Shown here one piece after another: positions 11,840 to 22,858 of a stretch of 64,000 bases of DNA (positions are counted from its first letter, which is position 1; every line of letters starts with the position of its first letter). The position numbers and the translations under genes were made by a program. Below the pieces are notes generated by a model. It was not told the origin of the DNA. It did not search any database and saw nothing but the letters and a program-made list of their open reading frames with translations. The stretch covers positions 3,081,665 to 3,145,664 of the forward strand of contig NC_092384.1 in the NCBI RefSeq assembly GCF_030028105.1, given 5' to 3'. This stretch comes from Mobula birostris (taxonomy: Eukaryota).

Positions 11840-12794
11840 GCCTCGCTTCATAGTCCCCCCAGGCGAATCCAAGCTCTAGGCTGTCATCCACATACGCCAA
11901 AACTCCACACACCTTCACTTCCCCCATGGTCTTCCTCATGCCCCGCGGGAAGGATGCAGGGGCTCCGGATATGCCATTGGGCATCTTTTCGGATCGGAAG
12001 AATTTTAGGGAACTATTAACAGCCGTCTTCTGCTGGACAGCCGCACTCCTCAGGATCTGGCAACATCCAGTCCTCAGATCCAGCATATTAAATCACGCCG
12101 CATATTCCACACACAAACTGCCTCCATCTTCCACGCTGTCAGGGTCCAGTTGCCGCGACCTTTCTCTCACTGAGGTGTCTTCAGCGGTCAACTCCCCTCC
12201 CTCCTGGTAGTACGGAGCGTCTACGAAGAGGGTCTCACCCTCAGCTACTTTCCCCAGGCCGTCCCACCGCTGGGTTTCGCTTAAATTCGGTACCGCCTCA
12301 AGGCTGCTACACACGTCCTCAGAAGCAACTCGACACGCTGGGTGCCCAGACAACGCCCCCATGAACTCCAGGGTCATTAATCAATCATCGTCTTCTGGAT
12401 AAGTACTGCCACTCGTACCCAAAGTCTCCGGTGCTCTAGCGGTTTTCAAGGGTAAATGCTTCAGACACCGGTTGTAAAACGAACTGTATGACAACTTGAC
12501 CTTCGCCCCGGGGTCGAGGATAGCTTTAGCATCACTTCCCTCTATCCGTAACGACACCCTGGAGCGTGGTCCCTCAAAGCCTTCAGGAATAGGGTCTTCT
12601 CCTTTCGGAAGTTCATTGGTACATTGCTGGGAACGTGCTTCCCCAGAGACCCCAAGCCGTTCCCCCACTGGGCCTCCACTAAGTTTCTCGATCTCTCTCT
12701 GATCAGCTGAACAACTGAAGGAGGGGCTGATCCCCTGAAATGATCCCCCTGGCACTGCAAGCAATTTAGCCGCCCTCCTAGCTAGAGAAGACAC
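11840..12794 (-). pseudogene. Gypsy pol remnants: protease (AILDPG, catalytic DTG mutated), linker, and RT domains 3-5 (LDLRTG, MPNGISGAPASF, YVDD)
   Basis: ORFs 12381-12794, 12093-12377 and 11466-12086; homologous to pol of the element at 22299-25530. YVDD is at 11883-11894. Confidence 0.85.
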
Positions 12795-13235
12795 ACTGAA
12801 AACTTTCCCCCCTCTTTCAAATAACTGACAGCTGTCACTACGGTGTAAGTGAACCTGACAGCTCTAACACCGTCACCAGCCCGCCTACTCAAACTTTCAA
12901 CCAATCCCTGTCGCTCTCCCTCAACCGAGCACTGCCACTCATCTAACAACTGAGAGATCCCCTCCGCCCACGTCTCGCACGCCTCCGCCCCACTATCCCA
13001 AGCGCCAGGCGGAGTCTGCCAGAGCTAGAACATTTATTCGCAGACCCTACCTACAAATCAGACCACTCTTCCCTCTCTCTTCCAACCGCTTGGGCAGCTC
13101 CGAGTGCCACCTCCAACTCGTCAATGCCAGCCCGAACTCGAACAAAGACGCATACAGCAATCACCAGCAAATAACCCACAGAGACACACATTACAGATTT
13201 AAACAGGGCACCCACACAGCATACCAGCGGACTCA

Positions 13236-13253
13236 ATCCCGGACAAAGCCCCC
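13236..13253 (-). other. Primer-binding site, tRNA-Pro-like (GGGGGCTTTGTCCGGGAT)
   Basis: Closely matches the canonical tRNA-Pro PBS TGGGGGCTCGTCCGGGAT and directly follows the 5-prime LTR. Confidence 0.7.
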
Positions 13254-13949
13254 CCCCCCCCCCCCCGGCCACCCTCAGGGTCGCTCAGCTCACTGTCGTC
13301 TAGGGAAACAGCCCTCGGCCCCACCAAACTGGGTAATTAGTTTGTGTGGATGCTGTGTGATGTACCCCACCCCGCCCAAATAACAGACAATACACCAAAT
13401 ACGATTAAATGATTTACAGTTTATAGATATTACTGGAACTATATAATTAATAGAAAATAAAATATAAAAGGAAAATAAAAGGTGTCACACTTATCGAAGC
13501 TCAGTCTCTTCGTGCACAAAACAGTTGGAGCTCAAGAACCTTCTTCTTCACCCTGCGACCCCTCGGACCACCTCGACCGGCCGCCTGGGACCAACAACGG
13601 TGGTCGACCAGACCCTCCACACGAGTCCGTCTCCGTCTCCTCGCCGAACGCCCCGCTCGGGGTCCGACCCCGTTAACGGACTCACAGCACCTGGTCCATC
13701 CTCTGTCTCTCTCTCCCGCCTTCTGCCCCAAAACCCCGCGCAGACAGTATCTTCAAATACACCAAAAACATTACAACTATCCCAATTGGTTCATAACATC
13801 TTCTTATTGGTAACGCGATTCAACAAACTGCTAGCGGGAAGAACTTTCTCAGCGCTTAACATAAGAAGGCAGCATTCCTAAGTATAACATAACAAAGAAG
13901 CCATTTTAATTAGCCTCCGCAGTAACATAAAAGACGAAACCCCCTTACA
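13254..13949 (-). mobile_element. 5-prime LTR (family A)
   Basis: Direct repeat of 9909-10602; its inner end is merged into an 18-nt C run (13249-13266). Confidence 0.9.
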
Positions 13950-14644
13950 TGAGTAAAGTGAACAATTCTTGCAATTTGTGAAACATTTTCTGTTGGAAGG
14001 TGAAACACATTCACTTATTATAGCCACATGATCATTGTTTCACATCCAAAATGAACACACTGCTATAGCTCTTAGTGCTTGAAAAATGTTCATTCTGTTT
14101 TTACCCTTTCATCCTTCTGAAGTAATAACATTAATATTTGACATTGCTCAGGGACAACTTCACAGAGATTATTTAAGCTCTCAAGAATGGATTGCCTTGT
14201 AAGGTATTTTCTTTATTTTTCATAGCATCCTTAATTGATGGTATTAACCTTTTAGCTTTGTTCACATTTGTTTTATACTTCTTTTGAGGACTTTAAATTC
14301 TACCCACAAAACTTTAATGATAAGTTTAATGTCTTTCTTGCCAGCCCCAACTTCAGGGTCGCTGATGTCAGTTTCATGCTTTGACTCACTCATGTTACAT
14401 TCTCCTTATTGTGTAACCCGCAATTAACTCTTTGTTTGCCCAGGAAGAGGACAGGGAAAAAAATGAAGTTAGTGGAGAACAATGAATGAATTTACCCGAA
14501 GTGAAAACTTAGCTCAGTGACAGAGAAGTGTTGGTGTTCAGAGAGAGCTGATGTCCCTGTAACAAATGACGCCAATGGTGTAAGTTCAAATTTCAAAGTT
14601 ATTCATACGTAAGTTTATTAATAAATAAATAAATACATATATGA

Positions 14645-16115
14645 CTCATCGAAACGTAGAAAAGCTACAGCACAATACAGACCCTTCAGCCCACAATGCT
14701 GTGCCAAACATGTACTTACTTTAGAAATTACCTAGGGTTACCCATAGCCCTCTACTTTCCTAAGCTCCATGTACCTATCCAGGGGTCTCTTAAAAGACCC
14801 TATCGTATCCGCCTCCACCACCGACGCTGGAGGCCCATTCCAGGCACTCACGGTGTAAAAAAAAAACTTACCATTGACATCTCCTCGATACCTACTTCCA
14901 AGCATCTTAAAACTGTGCACTCTCATGATGGACATTTCAGCCCTGGGAAAAAGCCTCTGACTATCCACATGATCAATGCCTCTCATCATTTTATACAACT
15001 CCATCAGGTCACCTCTCATCCTCCGTCGCTCCAAGGAAAGGAGGTCAAATTCACTCAACCTATCCTCGTAAGGCATGCTCCCCAATCCAGGCAACATCCT
15101 TGTAAATCTCATCTGCACCCTTTCTATAGTTTCTACATCCTTCCTGTAGTGAGGTGACCAGAACTGAGCACAGTACTCCAAGTGGGGTCTGACCATGGTC
15201 CTATATAGCTGTAACATTATCTCTCAGCTCTTAACCTCAATCCCACGGATGACGAAGGTCAATGCACCGTATGCCTTCTTAACCACAGAGTCAGTCTTCG
15301 CAGAAGCTTTGATGTCCTATGGACTTGGGCCCCAAGAACCCTCTGATCCTCCACACTGCCAAGAGTCTTACTACTAATATTATATTCTGCCATCATATTT
15401 GACCTATCGCCAAACTATGACCATATTTGACCAAACTGAACCACCTCATACTTATCTGGGTTGAACTCCATCTGCCATTTTTTAACCCAGTTTTGCATCC
15501 TATCGATGTCCCACTGTAACTTCTGACAGCCCTCCATACTATCCATAACACCCTCAAACTTTGTGTCATCAACAAATTTACTAAACCATCCCTCCACTTC
15601 CTCATCCAGGTCATTTATAAAAATCACGAAGAGTAAGGGTCCCAGAACAGATCCCTGAGGCACCGACCTCCATGCAGAAAATGACCCGTCTACAACCATT
15701 CTTTATCTTCTGTGGGCAAGCCAGTTCTGGATCCACAAAGCAAGGTCCCCTTGGATCTCATGCCTCTTTACTGTCTCAATAAGCCTTGCATGGGGTACCA
15801 TATACACTACATCCAGATAATATCCTTGTAAACCTCCTCTGCACTCTTTCTATAGTTTCTACGTCCTACATGTGTCCTAGTGTAGTGAGCAGAACTGAGC
15901 ACAGCACTCCAAGCGGGGTCTGACCTTCATCTGCTCTACCTTCATCAACGTGTTTAGTCACATCCTCAAAAAATTAATTTAGGCTCGTAAGGCACGACCT
16001 GCCTTTGACAAAGCCGTGCTGACTATTCCTCATCTTATTATGCTCTCCAAGTGTTTATAAATCCTGCCTCTCAGAATCTTTTCCATCAACTTACCAACCA
16101 CTGAAGTAAGTCTCC
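14645..16115 (-). mobile_element. CR1 3-prime fragments, rearranged
   Basis: ORFs 14738-15217 (RPHLEYCAQFWSPHYRKDV) and 15415-15699 (VPQGSVLGP, FVDDTK); CR1 3-prime UTR at 14650-14720. Confidence 0.85.
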
Positions 16116-16789
16116 ATATACTTCTCTGAGATTAATTGTTCTTGTGGGCATACACAATAAATCTAAGAATCACAATAAAATAAATCAAAGACAAGATCCA
16201 ACAGGACAAACAACCTAAATACAAAAGACACAAAAGGATTAATAATAATAATAATTAATAATAAAACCAGGGACAGGCAGCAGCAGCAGCAGCACTGCGA
16301 CGGGACGGGACGAGACGAGACAGCACCAGCCTATGGCAACAGAAGGCACAGTTTTTAACTCATCGGACGGTATGCCACTCAGCCGCATGGACTTGGAGGA
16401 CAGTTGAGGATCCATCACTTTTGGAGTCTGTGGGATGGTTTGGGATGCTGCGACGTAAGGTGCAGGCAGTGGATATCTATCGGTGTAAAATCAGCGGGCC
16501 GGCCCTCGCCCAGAGTCCAGAAATAAATTCAGACACACCTGTACCCAGATTGGTCGGTGCTCTGGTCAGCGTCTGTTCTCCAGCTGAAACTAAAACCTGC
16601 TTGTAGGTATGAAAAGCAGTATCCTCTGGCTTTAGAAATGGAGCGATGTTGACCAAATAGAATGATAAAGACACTGTCTGGGAATCTCCAGGACATGCTT
16701 GGGTGAGCGTTGGGTATGACAGTAAGTGAACCACAGGTACCCGGAAACCCAAAATAGATATTGCCAACCAACATCACAGGCTGCGACTT

Positions 16790-17305
16790 CTGCCAGTGTT
16801 TCACGGGGAGCACTCGATTTATAACATTCGTGGTAAGACTCTTGGCAGTGTGGAGGATCAGAGGGATCTTGGGATCTGAGCCCATAGGACACTCAAAGCT
16901 GCTGCGCAGGTTGACTCTGTGGTTAATAAGGCATACGGTGCATTGGCCTTCATCAACCGTGGGACTGAATTTAGGAGCCAATAGGTAATGTTGCAGCTAT
17001 ATAGGTCTTGGTCAACCTCACGGAGTACTGTGCTCATATTTGATCGTCTCACTACAGGAAGGACGTGGAAACCATAGAAAGGGTGCAGAAGAGATTTACA
17101 AGGATGTTGCCTGGATTGGGAACATGTCTTATGAGAATAGATTGAGTGAACTCGGCCTTTTCTCCTTGCAGTGACGGAGAATGAGAGGTGACTTGATAGA
17201 GGTGTATAAATGACAAGAGGCATTGAACGTGTGGATAGTCAGAGGCTTTTTCCCAGGGCTGAAATGGCTGCCACAAGAGGGCACAGGTTTAAGGTGCTTG
17301 GAAGT
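16790..17305 (+). mobile_element. CR1 RT C-terminal fragment
   Basis: GKTLGSVEDQRDLG and downstream CR1 motifs; the sequence matches 30280-30750. Confidence 0.8.
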
Positions 17306-18603
17306 AGGTTCATTAGTAGTAAACCCATTCTTAATGCATGTATATTATCGAGTAATGGAACTTGAGACTGATATGACAGCATATCATCAACAGTTTATAG
17401 TGCAATATCCCTTCAGGAAGTAAGTAAACAACGAGTTGCAGATTAACATGGAGTAATAGGAAAAACTAACTTAATCCTTATCGATACGTTTATCCAAATG
17501 AAATGTTAAGTTGCACAAGAGCTAGACAACCTAAAGACCACGATAATACTGGGCAAGAAAATAATGAAGATGTAACCCACCAAAGCACTGATGAAAATAC
17601 AATTATTTCAACTGCTTACAATTGGATATCAACAGTAACAACACAGATCTAGAGCCTTGGCAAAATGCTCATGACGAAGTTGAGCTTACAGACAAAATTA
17701 TCCGAATATGTAACACCACACAAGCAGAATATATGGAGATTATCCACCAAAAAAAACCCTCTGTACCAAAACAAAACACATCATCAAAATTAACAAAAGT
17801 TATTAATACTCTCAACAATACTATATTACCACAACATATAGGCAAACTTGAAACTTTTGAAGAAATACACACAATGGCATAGTGTGCAGCATTAATGGCA
17901 ATGCAGTGCAATGCTCCAAATTAGAGGCACTCAAAGCTGAGTAACAAATGAGAACACCGGAATGGTAGAAGAGAATAAATACAAATTTGAAACCTTAAGA
18001 GCAGAAAGCCCACCTAATGGAGTATAAAATGGATAACCTGAGCAAGAAAGTTAAGAGAAAAGCTAAGGAAATATAAGGTCCATAGAAGATACTATCAACC
18101 TAACAAAAGCACTGTAGTGTTTTTTTTAGATACACTAGAACAAAAGCTTGGTGCATGAAATGCCAAACTAAATAGATACATGAAATGCACCAGATGAAGA
18201 AAACAGAATTATCAGTTCAGAAACAATGAAAACCGTTCATACAGGGCATTGAAACGAAATTCGACTCACTAAAATGTCACCAAACCCAGCACAAAATTAC
18301 TAACAAACACAGAGATGATGAATTTTTGATCTAATATCTGGTCAAACATGCTGATGCACAATGAATAAGCAAGCTGGATTAGGGAGGAAAATGTACACAC
18401 ACATAATTGAAGAAATGCAAAAGTTACAATGGATATGCTGAAAGAGGTTATAAAGAATACCCACAACCGGAAAAGCATTGGCAGTGATAATATTCTTAAT
18501 TTTTAAAATTAAAAATTGACTTGTCTTCATCAACAATTTTCTTAAAATTCCTGAAAAAGTACCTCAATTTTTGACAGAAGGTACGACATATCTTTTACCT
18601 AAA

Positions 18604-19258
18604 TGTAATGGGGTTTCGATTTTTATGTTACTGCGCAGGCTAATTAAAATGGCGGCTTTGTTGTGTTAAATGCTGAGAAAGTTTGCGCTAGCAGTTTGTT
18701 TATGCTTTAGAGTCTGATAAGAGAGTGCTATTAACCAATTGGGATAGTTGTTATGGTTTTGGTGTATTTGAAGATACTGTATGCGCGGGGTTTTGGGGCA
18801 GAAGGCGGGAGAGCGAGACAGAGGATGGACCAGGTGCTGTGAGTCCGCTAACGGGGTCGGACCCCGAGCGAGGAGAGGAGACGGAATCGTGTGGAGCGTC
18901 TGGTCGACCACCGTTGTTGGTCCTAGGCGGCCGGTCGAGGTGGTCCGAGGGGGTCGCAGGGTGAAGAAGAAGGTCCTTGAGCTCCAACGGTTTTTGTGCA
19001 CGAAGAGATTGAACTTTGATAAGTGTGGCGCCTTTTATTTTCCTTTTATATTTTATTCTCTATTAATTATATAGTTCCAGTAATATCTATAAACTGTATA
19101 TCATTTAATTGCATCTGATGTATTGTCTGTTATTTGGGCGGGGTGGGGTACCTCACACAGCATCCACACAAACTAATTACCCAGTTTGGCGGGGCTGAGG
19201 CTGTTTCCCTAGACGACAGCGAGCCGAGCGACCGTGAGGGTGGCCAGGGGGGTCTACA
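18604..19258 (+). mobile_element. Solo LTR, family A
   Basis: Inverted copy of 9909-10602; TG..CA ends; perfect 4-bp TSD TAAA (18600-18603, 19259-19262). Confidence 0.92.
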
Positions 19259-19319
19259 TAAAGAGGAAATCAGAAGAGATCCAACAAAATATCAGCGTAT
19301 TATCTGTTCACAAAATCTG

Positions 19320-21320
19320 TATCATTCTGTAAAATCATCATCACTTTTTTTTCAGGTGCAATATCAAACATCAAGGCAGACCGCAACTTATGCCAGCCAT
19401 TCTTCAGTGTTGAAGGCTCTACCTTCTCCTAACTTCGAGCAATGAACCAAAGAGCATCCTTCACGTTCAATTCTTTAATAAATATCTGTCTAGAATTACC
19501 ATCATTCCTCAAGACATTTCATGAAAAGTGAGCGATACCTGGCCTTTAGAGAGCACAGTATTCCTTGGTCTTGGGGTTGGATAAGCTATGTATAGTTTGG
19601 CGGTAAGTACACCATAAAAACATTATTCTTACAAAGGATTTCAGCTTTGGGGAGAGCTGAACAGTTATCCAAAATGATAAGAATTTTGCAATCTGTGGGC
19701 AGCTCTGCAATGTGCTTTGGCTTCAGGCACAAAACATTTTTCAAGCCACTAACGTAATATCGGTGGTAATCCAGCCATTTAATTTGCGCGATACGTCACT
19801 AGGTAAATTTTCACACACTTCAAGGCCCATGGGCATTTACTTTTTCCGATCACCAGTGGTTTACATCTGTGAGTACCTGCTGCATTGGAGCACCCTAAAA
19901 TAATGACTCTGTCCTAGACTGTTTGAATCCTGTGGACTCTTCTTCATCTTCTGCTACTAATGTTTTCCTAGGTGAGCATTGCCAGTATAACGCAGTTTCA
20001 TCTGCATTATGCATCTGCTCAGGACCTAGGTTTTCGTAAGGTATGAGCTTCACAAATTAGTCCAAGTACTAGGTAGCTTCTTCATGGTTTGTAGATAATT
20101 TTTCTGCACAGGATTTCTTATGCATGGCAATTCCATGACGCTGTCATTACCTCCAGTTGAACTTTGTCTTTTTGTGTGTTTTCTCCCTAGCCGCCAGTCT
20201 GTGGTTTTGTATTACCATGTGCTCTTGTTTGTTTTCATGCCCCATGTGCTCCTGTCCCCACCCCTGCTCTACTCTGGCCCCTGTATAACTGAGTACTCTG
20301 CCTCTCACCTGTTTCTCATTATGACCTGTTTTACTGCCACTTCTGTCTCATTGTGCTCCACCTATCATCTGCCTCTCTGTCTATTGCTCAGTGTATTTCA
20401 GTCCTGTGTTTTCACCTGTTTGTTGCCAGATTGTGCCAGTGAGTTTTCCTGAGTCTTTCCAGTATTTGTACCTGCACTCTGTCCGTCTGAATATCGACCC
20501 TGCCTGTTTCCCGATTCTGGTTTTTGGATTTCTCTGGAATTTTGATCTCCGCCTGAACTTTGACGCCAACTGTGTTGCACAACCCTCCCCCCAGATTTGC
20601 TACTCAGTAAATATCACGGTGCGCACAGTACGTGGTCTGCGACTGGGTCCCTGCTTCAGCATCCTGACAGACACATCATAAACCTTTGAAGCCACCCTTC
20701 ACTATAGTCGCTCTATGCTCTAATTTAAGTTCTTTATGAAACAACTTAGCTTGGTTCACTATCATGCTGCTCGACAAGTCAACTCCATCACTCTGACGCT
20801 GGCAGATCATCATTCGATCATGCTCAGTGCTCTTACCAACTTTCATAGTTTTTCTAATGCTCAATTGCTTTAGCAAATTACTGTTTGCATAGAATTGCAT
20901 ATTTTTCTCTTTTGTGCTTTATATCATACACAGTTGACAAACCAATGCTATAAAAGTCACACAGCCTATACCGAGAAACACTTGGTCCAGTTGTTTTCAA
21001 CATTTCAACCGTCTCTTGGATCAATATGGACTGATGTTTACGTTTGATACCGCCACCAGTACTGTACTTGCACTTACATTAGAAACAATAGCTAGGTTTA
21101 AATCTGCATAAAATAAGCAAAAATAAGTACAAAGTATCGGGACAAAGTAGAAGTACAATGTAAATGATAAAAATAGCATGCTTTTGTCAAAATGAGTCTC
21201 GCATGCATGCGCGACACACGCTGCCATCTGGTGGCCGACCGGTAAACTTTATCTCGTAATTTCATCCGAGTTAAAAGAGGAGCCGACCCTTCAGTTTCAC
21301 GGAAATTGGTGGTTAACCTG
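19320..21320 (-). mobile_element. Degenerate pogo/Tigger (Jerky-like) DNA transposon
   Basis: CENP-B-type HTH (RKTMK...QRQSDG...NQAKLFH...GWLQRF..HG) and DDE_1 motif EQMHNADETALYW (~19985-20035). One terminus, CAGGTTAACC, is flanked by TA at 21320; the other end was not found. Confidence 0.7.
20142..20669. mobile_element. Solo LTR (TGTCA...TGACA family) inserted in the Tigger transposase
   Basis: Inverted 5-nt termini; 5-bp TSD GACGC/GACAC (CpG decay); the transposase reading resumes across the insertion. Confidence 0.8.
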
Positions 21321-22298
21321 TATATATAAACTACACCCAATACTTATGAATTTCCTTCAACATCTGATGAAGCATTGTCGTACTATAATCACCCTATCCA
21401 TTAACAACCAAAATAGAACAACAACTGCTATCAAAATACACCGAGGTATTTTCAAAAGCGACTCCATTTAGGTCTAGCTATAAACCCACTCTCTAATTTA
21501 CTGAATCGGACTAAAATAGAGTACCAAGTCAGAGACAACCAAACTATACCTCGACACGCTTTCTATATATAGACGATTTGAAATTGCACGCTCCTTCAAT
21601 GGTCCAAAACCAATCTAGAAAATATGGAAAGAAAAACAAGAACTGAACTGACAAATTTTAGAGTCAGATAAAACTGTTAAAGATAAATTTTCATCAATGA
21701 AAACAGCACTCCAGGCGAGCATATGCTAATCTGATAAGGTACACCACTAAACTTAAATGAAAGCACAACCAGAAAAATGAAGAAATTTTCTCTGTAGAAG
21801 AAAAAGTTAACCAATGGAAGAGCTTGACACTTCATGGATGATATCTCCACAGTCTGAGTAGACCAGATGTTGAAAAAGAAGCGTCGAATGCCTGGTTTCG
21901 AGTGGGAGACCTTTCCCAGGAACAGAAGGATTACTTGTGGCAATATAGGGCCAGGTGGTTAACACAAAAAAAAAATCAAAATACGTAATAAAAGACCAAG
22001 AAAATCAAGATTATAAATGTAGAAAATGCCAAGAAAAGCCAGAAACAATCCAACACATTACAGGATTCTGTAGCAGTTTAACACAATCTGATTTCTTACA
22101 CAGGCACAATCAATTGGCAAACATCACTCATCAAAATCTTGCTTTAAAATACAAACTCATAAACAAAAATCACACCTTACTATAAATAGAAGCCTAATCC
22201 AGTTTAGAGTCAGAATATCGCAGATTACATTACGAACGATCAGTTATTATGGATAGGACAATCATAACCGTCCGGATGTAATAATACAGGATTAACAA

Positions 22299-22858
22299 AT
22301 GTAACACTGGTTCCGTCGGCTGTGTAAGTCTAGGGAAGACAATCTCCACCCTCGCCAAACGTGTGAGATTGAGGTGTGAGTTCACCCTGAAACCCGCTGT
22401 CTGTGTGGATGCTGCGTGATTCGTTACCCTGTTACAAATCAGTACCATGAAATAACAGACGGTACACCACATACCATTAAATGATTTAGCTTTAGAATTG
22501 TTAATTTGACTAAAGCCTTCGTAAAGAAAAAACAAAAACAAAGGGCCTATTTCAATGAAACAGTCTAACGTGCACAAGTTGGAGCTCACAGTTTCCCCTT
22601 CATCGATCCTCCTTCGATCTCCCCGAGCTACATCAAATCATGGCCCCGCTCCATGTCGAGTCCTACGACCACTTCTCTCCGGCATCTTCTCTCTTCATTT
22701 CCCACCAAACAACGACCCATCTCACCCCGGTGTCAGGCACTCTCCCTTCAATGGACGGCTCACATTCCAAAGCTCCCATTATCTGTAACCATAACCCAAA
22801 CACTGCTTTTACAGAAAGACCATTACATTAGCAGTGACACCTTTCCCAGGGTGAAACA
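22299..22858 (-). mobile_element. 3-prime LTR (family B)
   Basis: tgtaaca...tgaaaca termini; adjacent PPT; homologous to the inverted LTR at 28497-29052. Confidence 0.85.

Larger units (their letters stand above)
9909..13949 (-). mobile_element. Non-autonomous two-LTR Gypsy (Ty3/Metaviridae) element carrying a captured myosin rod fragment
   Basis: Direct LTRs 9909-10602 and ~13254-13949 with TG..CA outer ends; flanks tgcg (9905-9908) and tgag (13950-13953), an imperfect 4-bp TSD; PPT; tRNA-Pro-like PBS; PR and RT remnants; integrase tail GVRRSRSVKKFPDRLAYAAP at ~10740-10805. Confidence 0.9.
17560..22298 (+). mobile_element. Degenerate R4-clade (Dong/Rex6-like) RLE-encoding non-LTR retrotransposon, split by later insertions (host pieces 17560-18603, 19259-19320, 21321-22298)
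   Basis: GTTYLLPK|EEIRRDPTKY reads across the LTR insertion; LYIDDLKL at ~21563-21586; CCHC knuckle CRKCQEKPETIQHITGFC; RLE motif DRTI..NRPD at ~22250-22280. Confidence 0.75.

Noticed and set aside
10178-18987. Recurrent MELK(D/N)LLLHP ORF at 10178, 13525 and 18751
   Set aside because: It recurs only because it lies within the three family-A LTR copies; it starts at TTG, is antisense to the element and has variable ends.
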